From NCBI GenBank assembly GCA_034406555.1, contig DASCRM010000008.1, positions 1 through 62,042 on the forward strand: DNA of 62,042 nucleotides. The letters are read 5' to 3'. The notes under the pieces were generated by a model. The model saw nothing but the letters and a program-made list of their open reading frames with translations, ran no database searches and was not told the origin of the DNA. Of the stretch, positions 21,438-30,634 are shown piece by piece (the first letter of the stretch is position 1; each line of letters opens with the position of its first letter). The DNA comes from Dehalococcoidia bacterium. GTDB lineage: Bacteria; Chloroflexota; Dehalococcoidia; UBA2979. The position numbers and the translations under genes were made by a program.

Positions 21438-22937
21438 ATGACTACAACCGAGATACGCGAGACGGCACAGTCAACGCAGGTGGAACATTTCGACGTGTTG
21501 ATCGTCGGTGCCGGCATCTCCGGCGTCGGTGGGGCGTACCACCTCACCCAGCAGTGCCCGGACAGAAGCTTCGTCGTGCTGGAGGCGCTCGAAAGCTTCG
21601 GCGGCACGTGGCAGATGCACCGCTACCCCGGCATCCGCTCCGACAGCGACCTCTACACCTTCGGCTATCGCTTCAAGCCGTGGACCGGCCCCCCGATCGC
21701 CACCGCGCAGGAGATCCTCGACTACATGGGTGAAGTTGTCGAAGAGAACGACCTCGCGCAGCACATCCGCTACAACCACCGCATCACCACCGCACGATGG
21801 TCGAGCGACGACAACCTCTGGACCGTCGAAGCAACTGATGGCGATGGCGAGACGCAGCGCTTCACCGCCAACTTCCTCTGGATGTGCCAGGGCTACTACC
21901 GCCACTCGGAGGGCTACACGCCCGAGTGGGAGGGCATGGACGACTTCCACGGCGAGATCGTGCACCCGCAGACCTGGCCGGAAGACCTGGACTACGCCGG
22001 CAAGAAGGTGGTCGTGATCGGCTCCGGCGCCACGGCCGCCACTCTGGTCCCCGCGATCGCGGGAGACTGCGAGCACGTCACCGTGCTGCAGCGCTCGCCG
22101 ACCTATTTCATCCCCGGCCGCAACGTCAACGACCTGGCCGACACACTACGTGAGATCGAGATCGACGAGGAGTGGGTCCACGAGATCGTGCGCCGGAAGC
22201 TCCTGTACGACCAGTCGATCTTCACCCAGCGATCGTTCGATGAGCCCGAGAAGGTGAAGAGCGAATTGCTCGGAGGGGTGCGCGCGTACCTCGGTGACGA
22301 CTTCGACATCGAAACGCACTTCACCCCGACCTACCGCCCCTGGCGACAGCGCATCGCCTTCGTCCCTGACGGCGACATCTTCGAGGGCATCAAGTCTGGT
22401 AAGGCGTCGATGGTGACGGATGAGATCGACCGCTTCACCGGAGCGGGCATCCTGCTCAAGTCTGGCGAGGAGCTGGAGGCCGACATCATCGTCACCGCCA
22501 CCGGCTTCAACATGAGCGTGCTCGGCGACATCGATGTGGTGATCGACGATAAGCCGCTCGTCTTCTCCGACACCGTCAACTATCGCGGCATGATGTTCAC
22601 CGGGATCCCGAACATGCTCTGGATCTTCGGCTACTTCCGCGCCAGCTGGACGCTGCGTGCTGACCTGCTCGCCGACTTCGTCTGCCGCCTGCTGCAGCAC
22701 ATGGACGAGAAGGGCGTCAGCCGCGTCGACGTCGCACTGCGACCGGAAGACAAGGACATGGAGTTGCTGCCGTGGATCGACTCGGAGAACTTCAACCCCG
22801 GCTACCTGATGCGTGCCCTGGAGCTGTTGCCGAAGCGAGGTGCCAAGCGCGAGTGGCAGCACACCCAGGATTACTGGCGCGAGAAGGACGAGATCCCCGC
22901 GATCGACCTCGATGGCCCGGAGTTCGTCTACAGGTGA
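21438..22937 (+). CDS. type I Baeyer-Villiger (flavin-containing) monooxygenase
   Basis: Internal ATG (MTTTEIRE...). GxGxxG (GAGISG), BVMO fingerprint FxGxxxHxxxWP (FHGEIVHPQTWP) and a second dinucleotide motif GSGATA. Confidence 0.85.
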   Translation: MTTTEIRETAQSTQVEHFDVLIVGAGISGVGGAYHLTQQCPDRSFVVLEALESFGGTWQMHRYPGIRSDSDLYTFGYRFKPWTGPPIATAQEILDYMGEVVEENDLAQHIRYNHRITTARWSSDDNLWTVEATDGDGETQRFTANFLWMCQGYYRHSEGYTPEWEGMDDFHGEIVHPQTWPEDLDYAGKKVVVIGSGATAATLVPAIAGDCEHVTVLQRSPTYFIPGRNVNDLADTLREIEIDEEWVHEIVRRKLLYDQSIFTQRSFDEPEKVKSELLGGVRAYLGDDFDIETHFTPTYRPWRQRIAFVPDGDIFEGIKSGKASMVTDEIDRFTGAGILLKSGEELEADIIVTATGFNMSVLGDIDVVIDDKPLVFSDTVNYRGMMFTGIPNMLWIFGYFRASWTLRADLLADFVCRLLQHMDEKGVSRVDVALRPEDKDMELLPWIDSENFNPGYLMRALELLPKRGAKREWQHTQDYWREKDEIPAIDLDGPEFVYR

Positions 22938-22988
22938 TCTAAAGGCGAGCGTGGGGTGGCGACGGCGGAGCCTCCCGGCCCACTCCCG

Positions 22989-24311
22989 CTAGTCGAACTG
23001 GCTCTCCGCCGGATCCAGCCCGTAGTGGTCCCGCAGCGTCTCGCCCTCGTACGCCGTGCGGAACAGTCCGCGCTGCTGGAGCAGCGGCACCACGTCGGCG
23101 ACGAAGACCTCGAGCATCGAGGGCAGCAGTGGCGGCATCACGTTGAAGCCGTCAGCCGCGCCATCAGTGAACCAGTCCTCCATGAAGTCGGCGACCTGCA
23201 CCGGCGTACCGATGAAGGTGTAGTGCCCGCGCGCGCCGGCGAGGACAGCCAACAACTGGCGCATGGTCAGCCCCTCACGTCGCACCAGCCCCACGATCAC
23301 CTCGGTGCGGCTGCGCGCCGCCTCCACGGTGTTCGGGTCGGGGAAGTCGTCGGGCGTGAGTGGCTCGTCGAGCAGCAGGTGCGAGAAGTCGTACCCGCCG
23401 AAGCGCCCGGAGAGCCGTCTGCGCCCGACCTCCGGATCCGCGAGCGCGTTGAGCTCGTCGGAGAGCTTCTGCGCCTCGGCCTCGGTTGAGGCGATCAGGG
23501 GGCTGAAGCCGGGCAGCACGAGCACCTGGTCGGTGGAGCGCCCCTCCGAGATCACCCGCGACTTGAGGTCGGCGTAGAACTCCTGCGCGGTCTCCTTCTC
23601 CAGCTGCGCGGTGAAGATCGCCTCCGCATGCCTCGCGGCGAACCCGCGGCCGGTGTCCGACGAGCCGGCCTGGATCAGCACCGGCCGGCCCTGCGGAGAG
23701 CGAGGCAGGTTGAGCGGCCCGGCGACGCGATAGTGTGTGCCCTCGTGGTTGATTGGGCGGATGGGCTCCGCTTGCGGCGAGTCTTCGCTCGCACGGTCGT
23801 CCAACCGCGCATCGCCAGGCCAGCTGTCCCACAGCCCCTTCGCGACCGTCATGAACTCTTCGGCGCGCTCATAGCGCTCGGCGTGGCTCACCTGATCTGT
23901 ATCGCCGTAATTGCGAGCGGCCGGCGCCAACCACGAGGTGACGATGTTCCAGCCGACGCGGCCGCCGCTGATGTGATCGATCGACGCGAACTGGCGCGTC
24001 AGGTTGAAGGGCTCCGAGTACGTCGTCGAGACCGTCCCGATCAGGCCGATCCGGCTTGTAGTCACCGCCAGCGCCGACAGCAGCGTCAGCGGCTCCAGCC
24101 CCGCGCGAGCGCCGTCCTTCAGATCGGTGCCGATCGCCAGCTGGTCGGCGAGGAAGAGCGAATCGAAGAGCCCGGCCTCCGCCTTCTGTGCTAGGTCCTG
24201 GTAGTAACTGATCTCGGTCAGCGGCAGCGACGATGAGGCGGGGTGGCGCCAGGACGCCTCGTGATGCCCGCGACTGTGAATGAAGAGGTTGAGGTGCATC
24301 TCCCGTGCCAT
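22989..24311 (-). CDS. LLM class flavin-dependent monooxygenase (NtaA/SnaA/DszA group)
   Basis: Internal ATG 24311 (MAREMHLNLFIHSRGHHEASWRHP...). Paralogous to 17903..19237. Confidence 0.8.
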   Translation of the reverse strand: MAREMHLNLFIHSRGHHEASWRHPASSSLPLTEISYYQDLAQKAEAGLFDSLFLADQLAIGTDLKDGARAGLEPLTLLSALAVTTSRIGLIGTVSTTYSEPFNLTRQFASIDHISGGRVGWNIVTSWLAPAARNYGDTDQVSHAERYERAEEFMTVAKGLWDSWPGDARLDDRASEDSPQAEPIRPINHEGTHYRVAGPLNLPRSPQGRPVLIQAGSSDTGRGFAARHAEAIFTAQLEKETAQEFYADLKSRVISEGRSTDQVLVLPGFSPLIASTEAEAQKLSDELNALADPEVGRRRLSGRFGGYDFSHLLLDEPLTPDDFPDPNTVEAARSRTEVIVGLVRREGLTMRQLLAVLAGARGHYTFIGTPVQVADFMEDWFTDGAADGFNVMPPLLPSMLEVFVADVVPLLQQRGLFRTAYEGETLRDHYGLDPAESQFD

Positions 24312-24496
24312 CGCGCTCGCCGCCTCTCCATGGTCGCCCATCAGCGAAGCCGATTCTACCGGGTCTCCGGCACATCGGTGCAGTCGACGTGTTTGATGCC
24401 ATCGGCGAAGGGCGGGCGAAAGCGTGTACGATGCGGCCGGGTCAGCCGCGCAGCGGTGACGAACTACCACCACGACGAACATGAATGGGGGGAGCG

Positions 24497-25021
24497 ATGA
24501 GCACAGTCTCATTCATCCAGGCCAGCCTCGAATTCACGCACAACGCGCTGTTGGACGCCCGCAACGGCACCGACGAGCAGCTTCACTTCGTGCCCGAACA
24601 GGGCAGTCACTCGATCGCGTGGTGCCTCTGGCACACGTCCCGCATCGAGGACCTGATCATGAGTCGGGTGGCCGGGCAGGACGCCCAGTGGAGTCAGGAC
24701 TGGGCCGACAAGACCGGTCTGCCGTTCGATGGCTTCGGCACCGGGATGTCGGACGACGACGCCCGCGAAGTGCATGTCACCGATATGGACGCACTGAACG
24801 CCTACCAGGACGCCGTCTTTGCACGCACCGCGGACTTCCTCGCAAGCGCGAGCGACGAGGACCTTGAGCGCGAACTCCCGGCACGCAACGGCACGGAGAC
24901 CGTCGCGCAGGCGATCTCACTGCACATGATGGGCCACTTCAACGGCCACCGAGGCGAGATCAACACGTTGCGAGGGATGCAGGGCATGCCGACTGTGATG
25001 GCGGCGCAGGGCACCCACTAG
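24497..25021 (+). CDS. DinB family protein
   Basis: ATG 24497 is preceded by GGGGGGAG. His-containing helices (WCLWHTSRIEDL, HMMGHFNGHRGE) fit the DinB/YfiT four-helix metal site. Confidence 0.65.
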   Translation: MSTVSFIQASLEFTHNALLDARNGTDEQLHFVPEQGSHSIAWCLWHTSRIEDLIMSRVAGQDAQWSQDWADKTGLPFDGFGTGMSDDDAREVHVTDMDALNAYQDAVFARTADFLASASDEDLERELPARNGTETVAQAISLHMMGHFNGHRGEINTLRGMQGMPTVMAAQGTH

Positions 25022-25073
25022 GCTCGACCCTCGCCCGCATCGCCGGCGCTGCGAGGCGCCAGAACGACCCCGC

Positions 25074-26279
25074 CTAGCCCCTCGGTAGGCCGAGCCCGCG
25101 CGTCGCGATGATGTTGCGCTGAATCTCGACCGTGCCACCGGCGATCGTGGATGAGACCGCGTTGACGTAGCCACGGGCGGTCGCGCCGTCGCGCGGGGCG
25201 TGCTCGCCCGCCCACACGTTCGTGTGCAGGCCGAAGAGCTTCGCCTCGGTGCCAGCCATCCGCTGATTAGTCTCGAAGATCGACATCTGCAGCATCGACG
25301 CCTCGTAGTTCGGCACCACGCCCTTCGCCTGCATCGAGACGACGCGGAACGCGAGGTTGAACGCGACCTCTACCTCGATTGCCCGATCGGCGATTTCGTG
25401 GCGCAGCGAGTCGTGCTCGCTGGTGCGCGAGCGGGCGCTGCCCTCCGTGGTTCCGAGGTAGTCGATCAGGTCCCGCAACTGACGCAGCGCACCAACCGCC
25501 TGACGGATGCGCGAGCGTTCGAAGTCCATCAGCGTCACGCTCACGTACCAGCCGCGATTCTCGTCGCCGACGCGGTTGCCTACAGGCACGTGCACGTCCT
25601 CGAAGAACGTCTCGTTGAACCCGTGCTGCCACGCCATGTTGATCAGCGGCTGCACCGTGACGCCGGGGCTCTTCATGTCCACCAGCAGGAAGGAGATGCC
25701 GCGGTGCTTCGGCGCCTCAGGGTCGGTACGCACCAGCATCGCGATGTGCTCCGCGTTGTGCGCGTTGGATGTCCAGATCTTCTGCCCGTTCAGCACGTAC
25801 TCGTCGCCGTCGCGCTCTGCGCGCGCCTGTAGCGAGGCGAGGTCGGAGCCAGAGCCCGGCTCGGAGAAGCCCTGACACCAGTTCGTCTCGCCGGAGAGGA
25901 TCTTCGGCAGGTACTCCGCCTTCAGCTCATCGCTGCCGTGGAGGATGATCGCGGGGCCAATCTGCGAGATTTCCTGGCCGCCGACCTGCGGCGCGCTCGC
26001 GCGGGCCATCTCGTGGTTGAAGATGAATTGCTCCATCGATGTCAGCCCGGCGCCGCCGTACTCCTTCGGCCACGCGGGGGCGATCCATCCCTTCGCGGCC
26101 AGCGCCTTCACCCAGCTATCAGAGAGCTGCTTACGCTCCGGGTCATCGGAGAACCGATCGGCCGACCACGCCATCGCCCCGTCCCGGTCGGGACGGTACC
26201 GCTCCGGTAGCTCCTCTTCGATGAACGTTCGCACTTCCGAGCGGAACGAAGCCTGCTCCGAATTGTCGGTCCACTCCAT
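25074..26279 (-). CDS. acyl-CoA dehydrogenase family protein
   Basis: 401-aa ORF with ACAD-like organisation (FSEPGSGSD; C-terminal IAGGTVEIQRNIIA). Confidence 0.85.
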   Translation of the reverse strand: MEWTDNSEQASFRSEVRTFIEEELPERYRPDRDGAMAWSADRFSDDPERKQLSDSWVKALAAKGWIAPAWPKEYGGAGLTSMEQFIFNHEMARASAPQVGGQEISQIGPAIILHGSDELKAEYLPKILSGETNWCQGFSEPGSGSDLASLQARAERDGDEYVLNGQKIWTSNAHNAEHIAMLVRTDPEAPKHRGISFLLVDMKSPGVTVQPLINMAWQHGFNETFFEDVHVPVGNRVGDENRGWYVSVTLMDFERSRIRQAVGALRQLRDLIDYLGTTEGSARSRTSEHDSLRHEIADRAIEVEVAFNLAFRVVSMQAKGVVPNYEASMLQMSIFETNQRMAGTEAKLFGLHTNVWAGEHAPRDGATARGYVNAVSSTIAGGTVEIQRNIIATRGLGLPRG

Positions 26280-26382
26280 GAGTCGTACCTCTCTGGCCGC
26301 TGCGGGCGTCGGCGATTGCTCGTGCGGGCACTATCGCACGGACTACTCCGACGTACTCCGGCTCGTCAGGTCGCTGAGCCCG

Positions 26383-26694
26383 TCAGCTCTCCGCTGCATG
26401 TCGGACAGTGCTCCCACAGCACGTAGTCGTACGGCCCCACGTATGCACGTCGTCGCCCTGCGACTCGACGACGTTGGAGCAGCCGGGGCAGTGCCAGCGG
26501 TACGAGCCGAGGCCGACAACCTCCAGCTCAACCTGCTCGCCCCACCAGCGTCTGAGGCCCTGCATCCCGGCCTCGCGACTGGGGAACGGCGATTCGCGCT
26601 CGTTGTAGCTGAAGTGCGCGGCGGCCGCTTCGATGAACTCGTCGAACGTGCGGATCAGCGGCCCCTCGGCGCCCTCGGCATCTTGCGAGGTCAT
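26383..26694 (-). CDS. hypothetical small Cys-rich protein (possible Zn-ribbon)
   Basis: 103-aa product from ATG 26694, which overlaps the stop of the upstream fused CoA-transferase by 4 nt (ATGA). C-terminal HCPGC...TCCGS cluster. No family recognised. Confidence 0.45.
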   Translation of the reverse strand: MTSQDAEGAEGPLIRTFDEFIEAAAAHFSYNERESPFPSREAGMQGLRRWWGEQVELEVVGLGSYRWHCPGCSNVVESQGDDVHTWGRTTTCCGSTVRHAAES

Positions 26695-29168
26695 CCGCGA
26701 GCGCTGGCGGCTGTCCCCGGTTCCCGCGCCGTCAGCCACGGGTCGTCCGGGATCGGGTCCAGCTCCGTGATCGCGCCCTGCTCCAGCAGCCACTCCATGG
26801 CGAGCGCGGCGCGCAGCGTCTGCAACGGCTCAAGCTGATGCCCGCTGACGGCATCTGCCCGCAGCTTCGCGATCTGATCCGCGTCGTATCCCAGTTCGCC
26901 CAGCACCTCGTCGGTGTGTTCGTCGAGCAACGGGGCGGGCGACGACGACGACGCGACGAACGTCTCGAAGCGAGCACCGAGGAAGCGGTGGTACAGCTTC
27001 TTGCCGACGCGCGGGTGGTCTGCCGGGAAGAAGTAGTCGCGCCCTCGAAGCTGCGGGTCGCGCAAGAGGTCGCGCCCGTTCTGCACCACGGCTGCTGGAA
27101 CGCCGCTCGCCTGCAGCAGCTCCATCACCTCGAACGGATCGCGCGTCTCGCACCACGTGCCGATCGCCGCGTCCAGCTCATCGACCCGCTCGCGCCGGGC
27201 GGGGAGATCGAGGCCCGCGAGCTGCTCCGCGCCGACCAACCGAGCGAGCGCGGTCCATTCGTCATCGTCGCGCGCCGTGATCGCGACCCAGCGGTCGTTG
27301 CCTGCGCACGCGTAGCAGCCCTGTGGAGCGAAACGCTCGTGTCGGTTGCCCAGCCGGGGCGCCAGCTCGCCACTGAGCTGGTAGTCGACGATCCGCTCGG
27401 CCATGAACGGCAGCACGGCGTCGCGCTCTGCGAGGTCGATGTAGAGCGCCCCCTTGCGTTCCCCGCTCTCGCGCTGCTGCAGCGCGTGCACGATCGCCCC
27501 GGCGGCCAGTACGCCGGAGATCGGGTCGGTGTACGCGAGCCCGCTCTTGATCGGCCGCTCGCCGGCGTAGCCGATTGTCGAGGTGATCCCCGACTCGGGC
27601 TCCAGCGCGTGTCCGTAGGCAGTGCGGTTGCGGGCCGGGCCGTCCTGCCCGTAGCCGGAGAGCGAGACCATCACCAGCTCGGGGCTGACAGCCAAGAGCT
27701 GGTCGTAGCCGAGCCCGAACTGCTCCATCACCCGTGGCCGGAAACTTTCCATCACCACATCGGCGTCTGCCACCAGCTGGAGGAAGACCTCTTTGCCCTC
27801 GGGTGCGTTTAGATCGAGGGTGATCGCACGCTTGCCGAGGTTCTTTTCGATGAAGTACCCACCGTAGTCCCAGTAGTCCGGATGCCCCTCGTTTCGGTCC
27901 TGTACGAGCGCCCGCACGGTGTCGGGACGACGAGGCGACTCGATCTTCACGACCTCCGCACCGAGGTCGGCGAGGATGCGCGAGGCGGCCGGTCCGGCCC
28001 ACACCCACGAGACATCGACGATGCGGACGCCTGCTAGCGGCTTCCCCGCCGGCTGCCCGCCACTCGTGCTGCCGATGCCGCCCGCCGCAGGCTCGAACGT
28101 CTCGTCGCTGTGTTCGCCGATCGCTGGGTACGATGCTGAAGCAGCGGCCGAATTCGACGTGCGGAAGGCGGGGCCAGGGACAACCACCTCGCGACCGTCG
28201 ATCGCGGTCGGCAGGAAGTACTCGCGGTGGATCAGCTGCTCGTCCTTCAGCAGGTCCGGCACCTCCAACACCGCGCCGAACGGCACGCCGAGCTCGTCGC
28301 ACGCCGTAATGATCTCCTTGCGCGTGTGTGCCGCGAGGAACGGGCGCAGCAAGTTGAAGAAGTCCTCCGCGTGCGTCAGCCGATAGCGAGGGTCGGTGAA
28401 CAGCGGGTCGTCGACGAGTTCGGGCCGGTCGATCAGGATCGCCAGCAGCGTCCCGGTGCCGGGATGCACGCCGATGTGCCCGTCCTTGCAGGGCAGCACC
28501 TCGCCCTGGATGCCCCATGGCACGCGACCGTGGAAGCGGGCGCGCACCGCGCCGGTGTAGTTGTAGAGCGTGCAGGCCATCTCGGCGGTCGCAGCGACAG
28601 CCTCGAACAGCGTCGTCTCCACCCGCTGACCCTCGCCGCCCTCGCGCTCCCGCAGCAGCAGTGCGGCGGCGGTCGCAGTGTAGGCGTGGATGCCCGCGAT
28701 GTACGCGGGGTGGTCGCCCGGAATCGAGAGCGGCTCGCGACGCGGAGTGCCGGTGATACCCATGATCCCGCCGAGCGCCAGCAACTGGATCGACTCCGCC
28801 TCGTAGCCGGCGTACGGCCCGTCGAGGCCGAAGTCGACGACCCACGAGCGGATCGCCCGCGGGTTCCACTCGCGCAGTTGATCGTCATCGATGCCCGCGG
28901 CAGCCAGTTCCGGCCCGCAGACGACCGCGTCGCACCACTGCACCAGCGTGCGCAGCCGCTCGCGCCCGTCCGAGCTGTCGAGGTCGATGCTCACGGAGCG
29001 CTTGCCGCGGTTCAGCGAGGCGAAGAGCCCGCCACTTGCTCGCTCGCGTGTCGCATCACCCTCGGGCGGCTCGACCTTCACGACGTCCGTGCCGTGGTCG
29101 GCGAAGAGCTGGCCGGCGAACGCACCGGCGATGCCGCGCGAGGTCTCAAGCAGTCGTAGCGCGGTCAC
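26691..29168 (-). CDS. tandem-fused double family III CoA-transferase (two CaiB/BaiF modules in one chain)
   Basis: 825 aa. Module 1 runs from GIAGAFAGQLFADHGTDVVKVEPPEGD to IGEHSDE. After a Gly/Ser linker, module 2 runs from VRIVDVSWVWAGPAASRILADLGAEVVKIESP to LLDEHTDEVLGELGY. Confidence 0.85.
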   Translation of the reverse strand: MTALRLLETSRGIAGAFAGQLFADHGTDVVKVEPPEGDATRERASGGLFASLNRGKRSVSIDLDSSDGRERLRTLVQWCDAVVCGPELAAAGIDDDQLREWNPRAIRSWVVDFGLDGPYAGYEAESIQLLALGGIMGITGTPRREPLSIPGDHPAYIAGIHAYTATAAALLLREREGGEGQRVETTLFEAVAATAEMACTLYNYTGAVRARFHGRVPWGIQGEVLPCKDGHIGVHPGTGTLLAILIDRPELVDDPLFTDPRYRLTHAEDFFNLLRPFLAAHTRKEIITACDELGVPFGAVLEVPDLLKDEQLIHREYFLPTAIDGREVVVPGPAFRTSNSAAASASYPAIGEHSDETFEPAAGGIGSTSGGQPAGKPLAGVRIVDVSWVWAGPAASRILADLGAEVVKIESPRRPDTVRALVQDRNEGHPDYWDYGGYFIEKNLGKRAITLDLNAPEGKEVFLQLVADADVVMESFRPRVMEQFGLGYDQLLAVSPELVMVSLSGYGQDGPARNRTAYGHALEPESGITSTIGYAGERPIKSGLAYTDPISGVLAAGAIVHALQQRESGERKGALYIDLAERDAVLPFMAERIVDYQLSGELAPRLGNRHERFAPQGCYACAGNDRWVAITARDDDEWTALARLVGAEQLAGLDLPARRERVDELDAAIGTWCETRDPFEVMELLQASGVPAAVVQNGRDLLRDPQLRGRDYFFPADHPRVGKKLYHRFLGARFETFVASSSSPAPLLDEHTDEVLGELGYDADQIAKLRADAVSGHQLEPLQTLRAALAMEWLLEQGAITELDPIPDDPWLTAREPGTAASARG

Positions 29169-29205
29169 AGTGCCTCGATCTCCTCGAACGGGCGGACCCG
29201 GCGTC

Positions 29206-29838
29206 TCAGGCCAAAGGGATGCCGAGCAGCTCCGGTGCGAGTTCAGCGCCCAGTTCCAGCGCCTGCTCGTTGACTGGGATGAAGCGGTGGCGGCCCGGCC
29301 GGATCGCGTCGTGCAGCGCCAGCTTCGCGCTCTCCTGACTGACGATGCCGGTGCGCTCGATCAGCGCGCCGAGCAGGATCATCGCCGCCATCAGCGGGTT
29401 GCCAAAGTGCTCCGCCGAGAGCTCGGTCGCGGAGAGTTCGATCACGTCCAGATCCTCGCGCGCGACACGCGTCTCGCCGGTGGTCGTCGCGCCGTCCGCT
29501 TCGTAGCGGAAGCGCTGCACCTCGCGCACGGAACGGTTGTAGACGACGAGGCCGCCGGACCGCACCATCCCCTCGTAGCGGGTGAGGCCGTTCGGGTCCA
29601 TCGCGAACAGCGAGGCGCAGGGCTGCTTGATCAGCGGCGGGGTCGTGATCTCGGTCTCGCTGAGGGCGACGATGCAGTCCGAGACGCCCCCGCGCTGCCC
29701 GCCATCGAAGAGGCTGTAGTAGAGCGCGCGCTTGCGCTCGTAGACCGCTGCGTTGGCCAGCGTCTTGCCGGCCACCTGGATGCCCTGGCCACCGATGCCC
29801 GCCAGCAGCACCACCTGGTCCTCGTTCGTACCGACCAT
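29206..29838 (-). CDS. 2-oxoacid:ferredoxin oxidoreductase, gamma subunit
   Basis: Internal ATG 29838 (MVGTNEDQVVLLAGIGGQGIQVAG). GxGGQG motif. Last gene of a delta-alpha-beta-gamma set. Confidence 0.8.
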   Translation of the reverse strand: MVGTNEDQVVLLAGIGGQGIQVAGKTLANAAVYERKRALYYSLFDGGQRGGVSDCIVALSETEITTPPLIKQPCASLFAMDPNGLTRYEGMVRSGGLVVYNRSVREVQRFRYEADGATTTGETRVAREDLDVIELSATELSAEHFGNPLMAAMILLGALIERTGIVSQESAKLALHDAIRPGRHRFIPVNEQALELGAELAPELLGIPLA

Positions 29839-29842
29839 CGCG

Positions 29843-30634
29843 CTAGCCTTTCGTCGCAAGCGGCTTGATGTCGCCGACGGGATTCTGCGCCACGATCACC
29901 TCGCCCTGGAACTTATTCGCCTGCACGGGGGTCATGCTCCAGCTCGTCGGACAGGTGGTGAGCAGGTCGACGAAGGCCATGCCGCGCCCCTCCAGCTGGC
30001 AACGCAACGCGTTCGCGATCACCTTCTGCGTGCGGTACGCGTGCGCGGGGTCATGCGTCGAGGCGCGCGCGACGTAGCCCGTGCCCGGCATCTGCGCCAG
30101 CATCTCCGCGACCGGGATCGGGTGTCCGTGCTGCGCGACCTCGCGGCCGCCCGGCGTGGTGCTCGAGGGGATCCCGATCGACCCGGTCGTCGTGAGCTGT
30201 CCGCCGGTGTCGGCGAGCACGCCGTTGTTGTACATGAAGACGGAGATGTTCTCCGCTCGAGCGGCCGTGTGGAACGTCTCGTTCAGCCCCTCCATCGCCA
30301 CGCCGCCGTCGCCGATGAAGACGCAGACGATCGCGTCCGGGAGGATGCGCTTGATGCCGGTGGCGACGGCGATCGTGCGGCCGTGACCGCCGACGGTCGT
30401 CTCGATCTCCAGCTGCGCCGCGACCTGCGTCACACAGCCGATGTCCACGACGCCGATGATGCGAGTGTCCGCAGGGAGCTTGTCGAACTCCGCGTTGAAG
30501 GTGCGAGGGAGGATGCCGTAGCCGCAGCCCGGGCACCACGCCTGATCGGGTACCTCGGCGGCGTCCGGGCCACCAAAGACCGGCACCATGTCTTCGAGTT
30601 TGATGCCGGCGGGGACTCGCGGTTCGGTCGTCAT
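29843..30634 (-). CDS. 2-oxoacid:ferredoxin oxidoreductase, beta (TPP-binding) subunit
   Basis: 263 aa with CPGCGYGI and a GDGG TPP motif (FIGDGGVAMEG). Confidence 0.85.
   Translation of the reverse strand: MTTEPRVPAGIKLEDMVPVFGGPDAAEVPDQAWCPGCGYGILPRTFNAEFDKLPADTRIIGVVDIGCVTQVAAQLEIETTVGGHGRTIAVATGIKRILPDAIVCVFIGDGGVAMEGLNETFHTAARAENISVFMYNNGVLADTGGQLTTTGSIGIPSSTTPGGREVAQHGHPIPVAEMLAQMPGTGYVARASTHDPAHAYRTQKVIANALRCQLEGRGMAFVDLLTTCPTSWSMTPVQANKFQGEVIVAQNPVGDIKPLATKG

Noticed and set aside
22938-22988. Rho-independent terminators in the convergent gaps (22938-22988, 25022-25073, 46383-46386).
   Set aside because: Only short imperfect GC stems without T-tracts are present. At 46383-46386 the two genes simply share a palindromic CTAG stop overlap.
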